Source: Chloroflexia bacterium
GTDB taxonomy: Bacteria > Chloroflexota > Chloroflexia > DTKN01
DNA: 64,000 nt
Assembly: GCA_016928715.1 (NCBI GenBank)
Contig: JAFGKG010000219.1
Location: 29,671 to 93,670 of the forward strand
Direction of reading: 5' to 3'
Position numbers and translations under genes: made by a program. The notes below the pieces were generated by a model. That model saw nothing but the letters and a program-made list of their open reading frames with translations. It had not been told where the DNA came from and made no database searches. Positions 1 through 10,276 of this stretch are shown in pieces (position 1 is the first letter of the stretch; each line of letters opens with the position of its first letter).

Positions 1-404
1 AGCGCCTCGAATCCAAAAAGATATCCAAAACCGGCGCCGTGACCAGCCAACTCGACTACCCCCTGGCGGAGAAGGACGTCCACGTCGGGCCCAGCGATTA
101 CGTGCCCTGGCTGGAGGACCGCAAGTGGTGCCACATCCGCATGGAGGGCGAGGCCTTTGGCGGCAGCCCGCTGAACCTGGAACTCAAGCTGGAGGTCTGG
201 GACAGCCCCAACTCGGCCGGCGTGGTCATTGACGCCATCCGCTGCTGCCGGCTGGCCCTGGACCGCGGCCTCAAGGGCGCCATCCTGGCCCCCTCGGCCT
301 ATTTTATGAAGACCCCACCCGTGCAGTTGTCCGACGACGAGGCCTATCACCGCACCGAGGCCTACATCGCCGGGGACGAAGAGGCGGCGCTGACGGGCGA
401 GTAG
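1..404 (+). CDS. ino1: myo-inositol-1-phosphate synthase, C-terminal part (5'-truncated by window)
   Basis: Frame is open from the window edge ([15 protein letters not shown]...). Motif [19 protein letters not shown]...SAYFMKTPP is typical of bacterial Ino1. Confidence 0.9.
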   Translation, partial: RLESKKISKTGAVTSQLDYPLAEKDVHVGPSDYVPWLEDRKWCHIRMEGEAFGGSPLNLELKLEVWDSPNSAGVVIDAIRCCRLALDRGLKGAILAPSAYFMKTPPVQLSDDEAYHRTEAYIAGDEEAALTGE

Positions 405-540
405 CGCCACTGAGCGGCGAACACGAGCAGTCCCAACACGAGCACTTGATCTCGACCGAGTGGGGCTATGCCTGGGCCCACTACCAGGCACCCGACGGCT
501 GGAAGCGCAAATATTGGAAACGTGTACCAGAGAGAAAAGA

Positions 541-2790
541 ATGAGGTCGCGCCAACCCAAAAAACAAACCAGCGCCCTCCTGCTGTTGCTGGGGATCCTG
601 CTCTGCGCCTGCGGGCCGGCCCTGACCTCCCCCGCGGCCTCCTCGCCGCCGGCAGTGGCCACGACCTCGCTGCCGTCTACCCAGGTCCCGCCGGCGACTG
701 CAGTCCCCTTGGCCACGCCCGCGCCGCCCACAGCGACGCCCATTCCCACGGAGCGGCCCACCCCCACCCCGCCGCTGCCGCCCCCGCCGGCCCTGGGCCT
801 CAGCCGCCTGTGGGCCTGGACGGCCGACGACATTATCAACGACTTTTTGCCGCGCGACCTGGACGGGGACGGCCTTCCCGAGATCGTCGTCGCCTCCTAC
901 GACCGGCGGGTCTATGTCGTGGACGCCTGGGGACAGACCTGGTGGTCCTGGGACACTGGCGCTTCGGTGTTCAGCCTGGAGTTGGCCGATCTGGACGGCG
1001 ACGGCCGGGACGAGATCCTGGCCGGCACCGAGGCCGGCGAGCTGCTGGCCCTGGATGCCGGCGGGGGCCTGCTCTGGCAGGTACCCCTGGCCGGCCGCGT
1101 CACCGCCATCGCCGCGGTCGACCTGGAGGGCGACGACCGCCCCGAGATCCTGGCCGGCGCCCGCCCGGCCGGCGCCTGGGCCCTGCGGGGGGACGGCAGC
1201 GTGCTCTGGCAGCAGCAGACCACCGGCGCCCCCACCGCCTTTGCCAGCTTTGCCAGCGGCCACAACCAGCTCATCGTGCTCAGCACCGAGGCCGGGGCCG
1301 TGCAGGCGCTGGACGCCGCCGGCGTCCCCTCCTGGCGCTGGGAGGACGCCGGCTATATCCGCGGTATGGCGGCCTTGGAGGGCGGCGTGCTCGCCGGGGG
1401 CCGCGACGGCCTGCTGCGCCGCTTTGGCTTTGGCGGCGACCTGGCCGCCGAGATCGACCTGGACAGTCCCATCCCCATCGTCCTCCCGGTCGAACTGTAC
1501 GGGGACGCCCAGCCTGAGATTCTGGTCGGGACCCGGAAACGCCTGATCGCGCTAGAGTCCAACCCCTCCGAGGAGCGGGCACACCGCCACTGGGACGTCT
1601 TTGTCGAGGGCGGCGTCTGGTCGCTGGCCCTGGCCGACCTGGAGGGGGACGGCCAGCCCGAGATCGCCGCCGGCACCGACACCGGCCAGATACTGATCGT
1701 CGAGTCCCACGGCATGCCGCGCGGCTATACCTGGGTGCCCTTTCGCGTGCACGGCCTGTGGGCGGCCGACCTGGACGGCGACGGCCAGGACGAGCTGCTG
1801 GCGCGGGCCAGTAACCACCTCTACGCCTTTGTGGGCAATTCCCGGGGCGAGGTCGGCGAGCCGCAGCCGCTGGTCCGCACCCTGGAGCGCTGGCCGGAGG
1901 AGACCGTCCTGCTGCAGCCGGCCGAGGACGAGATCGTCCTGGCCGCCGTGGGCGATATCATGATCGGGCGGGCCGTGGAGCCGCGCATGCTGATGTACGG
2001 GGCCCTCTTTCCCTTTGAAGCCCTGCTGCCCCTGCTGCAGGGGGCCGACCTGACCACCGGCAACCTGGAGGGCGTGCTGGCCTTTTATGGCGAGCCCCTG
2101 CAGAAATCCTACACCTTTCGCGGGCACCCCGGCCTGGCCACGGGCCTGCAGCAGGCCGGCTTTGACCTGCTAAACCTGGCCAACAACCACGCCAGGGACT
2201 TTGGCCAAGAGGGCCTGGACGAGACCATAGCCACCCTGGAGGAGGCTGGCATCGCCGCGGTGGGGGCCGGGCCGGCCGCCTACGAGCCGGTTTTCATCGA
2301 GGTCAAGGGCATTCGCCTGGCCTTCCTGGGCCGCACCGCCGCGATCGGCCCCCAGGAGGGCGTGGCCTGGACCGAAGCGGAGGAACTGCGCCAGGCGGTG
2401 ATTGCGGCCCAGCAGCAGGCCGACCTGGTCATCGTACACCTGCACGCGGGCTACGAATACTGGACGACTTACGAGGCCACCCAGCAGCAGTTGGCCCAGG
2501 CCGCCGCTGCCGGCGGGGCGGCCCTGGTCATCGGCCACCACCCCCACGCCCTCCAGGAGGTGGAGTGGATCAGGGAAACGCTGGTGGCCTACAGCCTGGG
2601 CGATTTCGTCTTTGACATTGACGACCACAACGTCGCCCGCGACGCGGTAGTGCTGCGGGTGCTGCTCTCCCGCCAGGGCGTCCAGGGCGTGGAGTGGATC
2701 CGGGCCCGCATCATCAATGATGTGCAGCCACGGCCGATGGTCGACGAGGAGGGTGGCCCCTGGGTCGAGGTGCTGTTCGGGGAGCCATGA
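541..2790 (+). CDS. Lipoprotein with Pro/Thr linker, FG-GAP/PQQ-like beta-propeller repeats and C-terminal CapA (PGA_cap) metallophosphatase domain
   Basis: Lipobox LLCAC; repeated DLDGDG.PEI motifs; CapA motifs AVGDIM, GNLEG, LANNH..DFG, HAG.E, GHHPH, YSLGDF. Confidence 0.8.
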   Translation: MRSRQPKKQTSALLLLLGILLCACGPALTSPAASSPPAVATTSLPSTQVPPATAVPLATPAPPTATPIPTERPTPTPPLPPPPALGLSRLWAWTADDIINDFLPRDLDGDGLPEIVVASYDRRVYVVDAWGQTWWSWDTGASVFSLELADLDGDGRDEILAGTEAGELLALDAGGGLLWQVPLAGRVTAIAAVDLEGDDRPEILAGARPAGAWALRGDGSVLWQQQTTGAPTAFASFASGHNQLIVLSTEAGAVQALDAAGVPSWRWEDAGYIRGMAALEGGVLAGGRDGLLRRFGFGGDLAAEIDLDSPIPIVLPVELYGDAQPEILVGTRKRLIALESNPSEERAHRHWDVFVEGGVWSLALADLEGDGQPEIAAGTDTGQILIVESHGMPRGYTWVPFRVHGLWAADLDGDGQDELLARASNHLYAFVGNSRGEVGEPQPLVRTLERWPEETVLLQPAEDEIVLAAVGDIMIGRAVEPRMLMYGALFPFEALLPLLQGADLTTGNLEGVLAFYGEPLQKSYTFRGHPGLATGLQQAGFDLLNLANNHARDFGQEGLDETIATLEEAGIAAVGAGPAAYEPVFIEVKGIRLAFLGRTAAIGPQEGVAWTEAEELRQAVIAAQQQADLVIVHLHAGYEYWTTYEATQQQLAQAAAAGGAALVIGHHPHALQEVEWIRETLVAYSLGDFVFDIDDHNVARDAVVLRVLLSRQGVQGVEWIRARIINDVQPRPMVDEEGGPWVEVLFGEP

Positions 2791-3572
2791 CGATAAAACG
2801 TCTGATCGTCAACGCCGACGACTATGGTTACACGCCCGGCGTCTCGGCGGGCATCCGCCGGGCGCACCTGGAGGGCATCGTCAGCAGCACCACGGCCATG
2901 ATGACAATGCCGCCGGCCGCGGCGGAACTGCGCCTGGCCCGGGAGCAATGCCCCCATCTGGGTATCGGCGTGCATCTGACGGTGACCAAGGGGCACTGCC
3001 TGCGGCCGGCCGGGTCCATCCCCTCCCTGGTGCCGGCCTCGGGACAGTTTCCGGGGGTGCGGGAACTGTCGGCACTGCTGGAGCGGGCCGCGCCCGGGGA
3101 ACTGCGGGACGAGTGGCGCGCCCAGATCGAGGCCCTGCTGGCCCTGGGCATCCAGCCGGATCACCTGGACAGCCACCACCACGCATTTTACTGCCACGAA
3201 AAGGCCCTGCTGGTGACACTGGACCTGGCCGAGGAGTACGCCCTCCCCCTGCGCACCCCCCCGCCGCCCCTGGCCGGCCGCGATTTCGTCCAAAGGCTGC
3301 TGCAGCAGCGACAGCCTCCCCGTCCCGACCGCACCCTCTTTTCCTTCTACAAGCAGCGGGCCACCCTGGATCACCTGCGACAGCTCATCAGTTCGCTCCC
3401 CCCGGGGACGAGCGAGTTGATGTGCCACCCGGCCTATGCTGACGACGCGCTGTACGCCCTCAGCAGCTACCACGACCTGCGCGAACAGGAATTGGCCGTG
3501 CTGGCCGACCCGACCCTGCCCGCGCTATTGGAACAATGCGGGGTGGAACTGGGGCGGTTTCCCGAACTTTAG
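2787..3572 (+). CDS. ChbG/HpnK (YdjC) family carbohydrate deacetylase
   Basis: LIVNADDYG, GVHLT, HLDSHHH and ELMCHP motifs; ATGA overlap with the upstream gene. Confidence 0.9.
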   Translation: MTIKRLIVNADDYGYTPGVSAGIRRAHLEGIVSSTTAMMTMPPAAAELRLAREQCPHLGIGVHLTVTKGHCLRPAGSIPSLVPASGQFPGVRELSALLERAAPGELRDEWRAQIEALLALGIQPDHLDSHHHAFYCHEKALLVTLDLAEEYALPLRTPPPPLAGRDFVQRLLQQRQPPRPDRTLFSFYKQRATLDHLRQLISSLPPGTSELMCHPAYADDALYALSSYHDLREQELAVLADPTLPALLEQCGVELGRFPEL

Positions 3573-3808
3573 CCATCCCCCTCGGCCCAACGTCCCAGCC
3601 AAACCAGCAGCAGCCAGAGCAGCGATCCCAGAGCCAGCGGGCCCAGGATACAGGCCAGCCCGCCCAAGACCCCGCCCCAGCCATAATTCCAAAAGATCAA
3701 CCCGCCCCCCACGACCAGCAGCAGCAGGATAAAGCCAAACAGCAGCCAGCGCTCGGTCTGCTGCCGGTGGGCGCGCAGGTCTCGCGGGGGGCGCTCATCG
3801 AGCGGCAT
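3569..3808 (-). CDS. Small two-TM membrane protein
   Basis: Two hydrophobic segments; overlaps the 3' end of ogt, so probably co-transcribed. Confidence 0.65.
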   Translation of the reverse strand: MPLDERPPRDLRAHRQQTERWLLFGFILLLLVVGGGLIFWNYGWGGVLGGLACILGPLALGSLLWLLLVWLGRWAEGDG

Positions 3809-4334
3809 GGGTTCCACCCGAAGGGGGTGGCCCGACCTCGCCGCCGCCCTCCAACCGGAGCAGTGCCCGCTTCAGAGGCAGGCCGCCGCCATACCCCCCC
3901 AAAGAGCCATCGCTGCGCACGACCCGGTGGCAGGGAATGATAATGGGCAGGGGATTGGCCCCGTTGGCCGCCCCCACCGCCCGCACCGCCCGCGGTCGGC
4001 CGATCGCGTCGGCCACCTGGGCGTAACTGCGCGTCTGTCCATAGGGAATCTCCAGCAGGGCCTGCCACACCTGGAGTTGAAAGGGGGTGCCCCGCAGATC
4101 CAGCGGCAGGTCAAAGGAGCGGCGTTCCCGGGCCACGTACTGCTCCAGTTGGGCCGCGGCCTCCCGGAGCAGATCGCCCCCCTCGATCGGCGTGTGGCTG
4201 GAAAGATGCCGCCCCATCCAGGAGGCCACGGGGCCGCCTGCGGGCAGAGCCAGCAGGCAGAGGCCCTCCGGGGTGGCGAAAAGGCGCAGTGTGCCCCAGG
4301 GAGAGGGAAAACGCTTCCAGTACAGGTAGGGCAT
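3795..4334 (-). CDS. ogt: Methylated-DNA--protein-cysteine methyltransferase
   Basis: GTPFQ..VW, IPYG.TRSY, RAVGAANGANP and active-site PCHRV; RBS GGAAAGGA before ATG 4334. Confidence 0.92.
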   Translation of the reverse strand: MPYLYWKRFPSPWGTLRLFATPEGLCLLALPAGGPVASWMGRHLSSHTPIEGGDLLREAAAQLEQYVARERRSFDLPLDLRGTPFQLQVWQALLEIPYGQTRSYAQVADAIGRPRAVRAVGAANGANPLPIIIPCHRVVRSDGSLGGYGGGLPLKRALLRLEGGGEVGPPPSGGTHAAR

Positions 4335-4474
4335 GGGCTTTTTCCTTTCCAATCGGCGATCCAGTACGGACCCCGTTCTCTGGCCCTGATCCTTTCTGCG
4401 GCCGGCAGGGCAAAAAACGCCGCCGGTATCAGCGGCGGCATTCGCTAAAAGATCACTTGAAAGCGGACCGGGAG

Positions 4475-4693
4475 CTACTTTTTGCCCAGCCCTCCCAATA
4501 GACCCTCCAGGCTTTGGCCCAGATCCCCGGCCTGCTCGAGCAAATCATCGCTACCCAACAGGGTTTCCAGGTGCCCAGAGATAGAAGATGGCAATTTCTC
4601 TTTCACAAAATTGATCACCATGTCCACCGCCTGCTGGGCGTCCTCCTCGGACAGGTTGAGTTTCTGCGAGATCATTTTGACCAATTCGTCCAT
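4475..4693 (-). CDS. Small helical hypothetical protein (DUF2267-like)
   Basis: AAGGAG RBS before ATG; MDELVKMISQKLNLSEEDAQQAVDMVINFVKEKLP. Confidence 0.7.
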   Translation of the reverse strand: MDELVKMISQKLNLSEEDAQQAVDMVINFVKEKLPSSISGHLETLLGSDDLLEQAGDLGQSLEGLLGGLGKK

Positions 4694-4743
4694 GTGGGCG
4701 CTCCTTTTGCTCACCGCGATTCCCCGGATGAGCAGCACTCATC

Positions 4744-4850
4744 CTAACCCGGCAGAGCCGGACCCAAAAAGGGAAGAAATCCCAAGTCCATTCCCTTTGT
4801 GGTTGAAATCCTTGTTTTTTTGTGCCAGAATTTCGGTGGTAAGGTACTAA
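4744..4850. repeat. Small intergenic repeat element, copy A
   Basis: Begins CTAACCCGGCAGAGCCGGACCCAAAAA, closely matching 50202 (CTAACCCGGCCGAGCCGAATCAAAAA); both contain CTTTGTGGT. Confidence 0.55.
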
Positions 4851-4880
4851 AAGCCCGCTTGTAATGGGGCAGGCCCGGAT

Positions 4881-5285
4881 TCAGTACGAGACCACCCGGG
4901 GCAGCTCTTTGGCCTGTTCCACCCAACCCGCCACCTTTTTGAGGCTGGGGGTCTGCCGGACCAGCTTTTTCTCCGCGTTCACCTCGAGCATTTTCTGCAG
5001 CAGGTTCTGCGGATTGCGCTGGGCCAGCTCAATTACAGTATCGACCCCGGACTGCTCCAGCAGGTCCGCGTATTCCTCCCCGACGCCCGAGATCCGCATG
5101 AGATCGGCCTGGTTGACCCAACCGAGGATCTTTTTTTCCGCAAGGCCCGTCTGGGCTGCCAATTCTTGACGGCCGTTGGGTGTGGCCCCCTTTTGGAGCA
5201 GGTCCTCTACACTGCAAAGACCTGCGCCCTCTAGTTTCTCGGCAAAAGCCGGACCGATGCCCTCAATCGTCTGTAGTTTAGCCAT
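4881..5285 (-). CDS. DUF4332 domain-containing protein (HhH motifs)
   Basis: IEGIGP, WVNQADLMRISGVGEEYADLLE..GVDTV.ELAQRNP. Confidence 0.85.
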   Translation of the reverse strand: MAKLQTIEGIGPAFAEKLEGAGLCSVEDLLQKGATPNGRQELAAQTGLAEKKILGWVNQADLMRISGVGEEYADLLEQSGVDTVIELAQRNPQNLLQKMLEVNAEKKLVRQTPSLKKVAGWVEQAKELPRVVSY

Positions 5286-5541
5286 TTGGAACCCCCCAAT
5301 CTTGCTCATGTCGGTGCTCTATACGTGGAGCAAGCCACGACCCTATTCAAAAAACTGCTTTGTGGTCAGGCAAGTAACGAAACTCACCTGACATGTTACG
5401 AGGCGGCCTTGAAAATCACTCCCCACAAGAGGCCCACCCTCTGGCTAGGATTCATTATAGCACTTTTTTACGTTCAGGGCAAGCCCTCATTTGTGGTATA
5501 ATGAACACATCATTGGAGCCGAACAGATTTGAGGCAAAATC

Positions 5542-6894
5542 GTGGACAAGCCAAGTGAAGAGCAACTCGACGTGATCGGTGGGGGGCTGGCCGGCAGCGA
5601 GGCGGCCTGGCAGGCGGCCGAGCGCGGCCTGCAGGTGCGCCTTTACGAAATGCGCCCCCGGCAGATGACGCCGGCGCACCAAAGCGAGTACCTGGCCGAA
5701 TTGGTCTGCAGCAATTCGCTGGGCGCCCGGCAGTTGGACCGGGCCCTGGGACTGCTCAAACAAGAACTGCGCCGGCTGGGTTCAATGCTGCTGGAATGCG
5801 CCCAAGAGACCGCCCTGCCGGCCGGCGGCGCCCTGGCCGTAGGGCGGACGGCCTTTGCCCGGGCCGTGACCGCCCGCATCCAGGCCCACCCGCGCATCAC
5901 GGTGGTGCGGGAAGAGATCGACAGGCTGCCCGGCGGGCCGGCCATCGTCGCCACCGGACCCCTGACCTCGCCGGCCCTGGCCCAGGAGATCGCCTCTTGG
6001 GCCGGCCAGGAGCACCTGTACTTTTACGACGCCATGGCCCCCATCGTGACCGCCGAGTCGGTCGACATGGAGGTAGCCTTTCGCGCCTCCCGCTACGGCC
6101 GCGGCGGGGACGACTATATCAACTGTCCCCTGGACGAACAAGCCTACGACCGCTTTGTGCAGGCCCTGCTCTCGGCCGAGACGGCCCCACGCCGCGAGTT
6201 TGAGGACCCCTGTTTCTTTGAGGCCTGCCTGCCCGTGGAAGAGATCGCCCGGCGTGGTCCCCAATCGCTGGCCTACGGGCCGCTGCGGCCGGTCGGACTG
6301 ACGGACCCCCGCACCGGCCGGCGGCCCTATGCGGTGGTGCAACTGCGCCAGGACGACCTGGCCGGCCGGCTCTACAACCTGGTCGGATTTCAGACCAACC
6401 TGCGCTGGCCCGATCAGCGGCGGGTCTTTCGTCTGATTCCAGGCCTGGAGCAGGCCGAGTTCGTCCGGCTGGGCCAAATGCACCGCAACACCTTTTTGCA
6501 CAGCCCGGCCCTATTGCAGCCGAGCATGCAAAGCCGAGCCCGCCAGGATCTCTTTTTTGCCGGGCAGCTCATCGGCAGCGAGGGCTATGTGGGATCGATC
6601 GCCACGGGCCTGCTGGCCGGCATCAACGCCGCGGGGCTGCTGCAGGGCCGCCCCCTCTGCGTTCTGCCCCAGACCACCATGCTGGGGGCGCTGGCGGCTT
6701 ATCTCAGCGGCGGGGATCCGCGGCGGGAATTCCAACCGATGAAGGCCAACTTTGGCCTGCTGCCCCCGCTGGAGCCGCCGGTGCGGGGTAAACGCGAGCG
6801 CTATGCCGCCTACGCCAGGCGGGCGCTGGAGGCGCTGGAGACGTTTCTGCAGCGCGAGCGATCCCAGGAGGCTGAGGATGGCCGCCGAGATTAG
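5542..6894 (+). CDS. trmFO: Methylenetetrahydrofolate--tRNA-(uracil-5-)-methyltransferase TrmFO
   Basis: [46 protein letters not shown]; extended -10 TGGTATAAT at ~5494-5502. Confidence 0.95.
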   Translation: MDKPSEEQLDVIGGGLAGSEAAWQAAERGLQVRLYEMRPRQMTPAHQSEYLAELVCSNSLGARQLDRALGLLKQELRRLGSMLLECAQETALPAGGALAVGRTAFARAVTARIQAHPRITVVREEIDRLPGGPAIVATGPLTSPALAQEIASWAGQEHLYFYDAMAPIVTAESVDMEVAFRASRYGRGGDDYINCPLDEQAYDRFVQALLSAETAPRREFEDPCFFEACLPVEEIARRGPQSLAYGPLRPVGLTDPRTGRRPYAVVQLRQDDLAGRLYNLVGFQTNLRWPDQRRVFRLIPGLEQAEFVRLGQMHRNTFLHSPALLQPSMQSRARQDLFFAGQLIGSEGYVGSIATGLLAGINAAGLLQGRPLCVLPQTTMLGALAAYLSGGDPRREFQPMKANFGLLPPLEPPVRGKRERYAAYARRALEALETFLQRERSQEAEDGRRD

Positions 6895-9800
6895 TTGTCG
6901 GGCGCTGCACCCGCTGTTCCAAGCCCTTAACGAACGCGGCATTCCCCTCTCGGATCTCTTGGGGAATTTTCCTGAGGGCCATACTTTTTTCTGTGCGGAG
7001 AGCTGGATCAGCCAGGCTACCTTTGCCAAATTGTTCGACCGGGCGATCGCGCTCAGTGGCAGCCCCGACCTCATCGCCTGGGTGGGCCGGCTGGCGGCGG
7101 AACCCTGCGTGGCCGGGCTGGTGCAGCCGCAGGCTGTTTTGGAAAAGAGCCCGCTGGAGCTGCTGCGCCAGGCCGATCGCTTTTTGGGCCCACTGCAGCG
7201 GGAGGGCCAGGTCATCGTCCAGGCCGGCCGTCCTGGATACGTCCGGCTGGCCTGCCTGCCTCCCCCGGGTGGGCGGCGCAGCTATCACCTCTGCACCTAC
7301 ACCCGGCACCTGCTGGCGGCCATCCCCGGTCTCTGGCAGATCGAGGACGTCCAGGTGCGGGAGATTTGCTGTACCGTCCCTTTGGTCGAACTGCGGCCCG
7401 CCTCCGGCGAGCGCTATGCCATCGAGGAGCAAGGGCAGGTCTGGCAAGTTCTGGCCCAAGGAGAGTTCGCCAGCCGGCGTTGCTTGGGCAAATTGAACGA
7501 GGATGGCACATTTCAGCAAGGGGGCACCCTCTATGGTGCGGAGCACTGTCTCTACGAGATCCGCTGGTCGCATCCCCGCTCCCGCCGCCGATCCTGGTCC
7601 CCCCGTTTTGTACCTCGGGCCCATCACTGCGAACGGGCTCTGCGCGTGGTACAGCGTCAGGAGCATACGATCCAGGCACTGCACGAGCAGATCCAACACA
7701 TGCAGCGCACCATGGAGGCGCGCATGCTAGAGCGCACGGAGAAACTGCGCGCCAAGGCCCGGCAGTCCGCCCTGGTTGAGCAGGCCGGCCGGCGATTTGC
7801 TTCCATTCTGGACCCCCAGGCGCTCTGGCAGGAAGCGGTGAGAACCTTGCGAGAGGACCTGGGCTATTTCAGCGTGGCCATGTACCTGCAACACGAGAAC
7901 CGCTGGACCCTGGTTGCGCTGTCCAGTGGTGACGAAACTGTGCAGCGGCAGATCGGCGCGATCTTTTATCGGCAAGCAGCCCTGGACGATCTCCTGGATC
8001 GCAGCGGCCGGCCCCTACGGCAGGACGACCTGGAACAGCAGCCCCATCCGCTGGGGCTGCCCCGATGGGGACGGGGGCGCTCTCTGCTCTGTGTCCCGTT
8101 GGTGGCCTCCAATCGCCTATTGGGCATCCTGGATCTGCAAAGCCCGCTGGCCGGGCACCTGAACGAGGAGGATGCCCTGCTGCTGTACACCCTGGCCCCG
8201 CAGATTGCGATTGCTCTGGAGCGCAGCCTCCTCTACCAGGAGGAACAATGGGCTCGCCAAAAGGCCCGGGCCATGGCCAACCTAGCCCGGGTGGTGACCA
8301 CCTCTCTAGAAATGGACCAAGTGCTTAGTTCGGTCCTGGAGCAACTCCGCAGCGTCCTACCCTACGACAGCGCGATCATCCTGCTGCAACAAGGGACTCG
8401 GCTTTCCTCGGGGATAAGCCATGGCTTATCCCCGCAGGCGGAACACGGTCTACTCCAGTTCTGCCTGAAGCGGACCAAGGGGCCACTGGCGCTCCTGTTC
8501 CAACAAGGCCGCTCTTTTCTGCAGAGCAGTCCCGGCGGAGCCACCGGGTACCTTCCACCGCAGTTGGCCCATTTGCGCTCCTGGCTGGGGGTGTCCCTGA
8601 CCTCCCGGAACACCGTGATCGGAGCCGTGATCCTGGCCAGTCAACAGCAGGGGCTTTACGGCCCGGAGGACCTGCGCCTGGCCGAGGATTTAGCCGGACA
8701 GGTCTCCACAGCCATCGAGAACGCCCGCCTGTACAGCCGCATCCGCCAGGAGCGGGATCGCCTGGAAAGCCTCTATGAAATCGCTCGACAACTGCACGCG
8801 AACTTGGGGATTGAAGATATCCTGAGCCACGTTCTAGAGTTGGCCCTAACCAGTGTGGGAGCGCTGGCCGGCAGCATCATCCTCTTGGATGGGCAAGGCC
8901 AATTGAGGCACAGCATCCTCTCCCGACCTGGGCAGGATTCCTTCTCCCTGCTGCAGCGGGTCATTCGCGAAGGGGCGGCCGCATGGGTCATTCGGGAAAA
9001 ACAAGCGCTGCTTATACGGGATACCCACAGCGACTCCCGCTGGATCGAACTGCAGGGCAAGCCCTGGGTGACCCGTTCCGCTATCCTGGTCCCCCTGTTG
9101 GTCCAAGACCAGATCCTGGGGGTGCTGACAGTGGACCACCCGCAGGTCAACCGCTTTAACCAGGACGATCTGGCCCTGCTGCTTTCCGTGGCCAGCCAGG
9201 CCAGCGTCGTCGTCCAACGGGCTCACCTCTTTGCGGCCATCCAAAATGAGCGGGCCCGCCTGGAAGCGGTGATCGAGGGCACCGCCGACGCCGTCGTTCT
9301 ATTGAACGAGTCCGGCCAGGTACTACACATGAACCACTCCGCAGCCCATCTTTTCGGATTGGAGAGCCCAGATCCGACCAGCAAATCCCTGGATTGGCTG
9401 GCCATCAGTCCAGCACTGCAATCATTGATCACCCCGCAGTCCCTGCGGGAAGGGCCGCGCCGGGCCGAGATCCCCCTAGAGGACGAGCGTATTTTTTACG
9501 CCACGCTCAACCCAATTCCATCGGTGGGCGCGGTGCTCACTATGCAGGACATCAGCCCTCTCAAAGAGCTGGATCGGCTGAAAAGCGACTTTATCGCCAC
9601 TGTCTCACACGACCTGCGCAGCCCCCTGGGGGCTGTACAAACACTGACCGAGATGATAGAGGTAGCCGGCCCCTTGAACAAAGACCAGCGCCGCTTTATC
9701 GAACAAGTCCTGTTCTCTGTGGACAAAATGATCGCCCTGGTCCAAGACCTCTTGGACCTGACCCGGATTGAAGCCGGGGTAGAGATGTCAATGGCCCCCT

Positions 9801-10276
9801 GCCAACTCGCGGCCGTGATCGCCGACGCCGTGGACCAGGTAGAGGCCCTGGCCGCGATCAGGTCGGTTTCCCTCCAGGTTGTTGTTGCCCCGGACCTGCC
9901 CCTGGTCTGGGGCAACGGGCGGCGGTTGGGCCAGGTCATCACGAACCTGTTGGATAATGCCATCAAGTACAGCCCAAGCAGGAAAGAGGTCCTCTTTCGC
10001 GCCTATCCCCAGGGGGACATACTGCAGGTAGACGTCACCGACTATGGACCGGGCATTCCCAACGCGGACCTGCCCTATGTGTTTGAAAAGTTCTACACTA
10101 TCCGACAGAATAAACCAGGCGAAAAGGGAACTGGTTTGGGACTCTCCATCGCCCGCTCTATTATCCTGGCTCACGGGGGCAAAATTTGGGTTAAAAGCAA
10201 AGAAGGAGAAGGTTCCACCTTCTCCTTCAGTCTTTTATGTCGGGATATGCCGGCTCAGACGTCCGACAAGCTATGA
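6878..10276 (+). CDS. Cytoplasmic multi-GAF/PAS sensor histidine kinase with an unassigned N-terminal domain
   Basis: Three GAF-like segments (LCVPLV...LGILDL; GVSL...IGAVIL; ILVPLL...LGVLTV), PAS, H-box SHDLRSPL, N-box [11 protein letters not shown]-box GTGLGLSI; RBS GGAGG. Confidence 0.9.
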   Translation: MAAEISCRALHPLFQALNERGIPLSDLLGNFPEGHTFFCAESWISQATFAKLFDRAIALSGSPDLIAWVGRLAAEPCVAGLVQPQAVLEKSPLELLRQADRFLGPLQREGQVIVQAGRPGYVRLACLPPPGGRRSYHLCTYTRHLLAAIPGLWQIEDVQVREICCTVPLVELRPASGERYAIEEQGQVWQVLAQGEFASRRCLGKLNEDGTFQQGGTLYGAEHCLYEIRWSHPRSRRRSWSPRFVPRAHHCERALRVVQRQEHTIQALHEQIQHMQRTMEARMLERTEKLRAKARQSALVEQAGRRFASILDPQALWQEAVRTLREDLGYFSVAMYLQHENRWTLVALSSGDETVQRQIGAIFYRQAALDDLLDRSGRPLRQDDLEQQPHPLGLPRWGRGRSLLCVPLVASNRLLGILDLQSPLAGHLNEEDALLLYTLAPQIAIALERSLLYQEEQWARQKARAMANLARVVTTSLEMDQVLSSVLEQLRSVLPYDSAIILLQQGTRLSSGISHGLSPQAEHGLLQFCLKRTKGPLALLFQQGRSFLQSSPGGATGYLPPQLAHLRSWLGVSLTSRNTVIGAVILASQQQGLYGPEDLRLAEDLAGQVSTAIENARLYSRIRQERDRLESLYEIARQLHANLGIEDILSHVLELALTSVGALAGSIILLDGQGQLRHSILSRPGQDSFSLLQRVIREGAAAWVIREKQALLIRDTHSDSRWIELQGKPWVTRSAILVPLLVQDQILGVLTVDHPQVNRFNQDDLALLLSVASQASVVVQRAHLFAAIQNERARLEAVIEGTADAVVLLNESGQVLHMNHSAAHLFGLESPDPTSKSLDWLAISPALQSLITPQSLREGPRRAEIPLEDERIFYATLNPIPSVGAVLTMQDISPLKELDRLKSDFIATVSHDLRSPLGAVQTLTEMIEVAGPLNKDQRRFIEQVLFSVDKMIALVQDLLDLTRIEAGVEMSMAPCQLAAVIADAVDQVEALAAIRSVSLQVVVAPDLPLVWGNGRRLGQVITNLLDNAIKYSPSRKEVLFRAYPQGDILQVDVTDYGPGIPNADLPYVFEKFYTIRQNKPGEKGTGLGLSIARSIILAHGGKIWVKSKEGEGSTFSFSLLCRDMPAQTSDKL

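Noticed and set aside
420-444. Short direct repeat AACACGAGCA x2 after ino1
   Set aside because: Only two 10-bp copies with no supporting context; may be chance or a minor site
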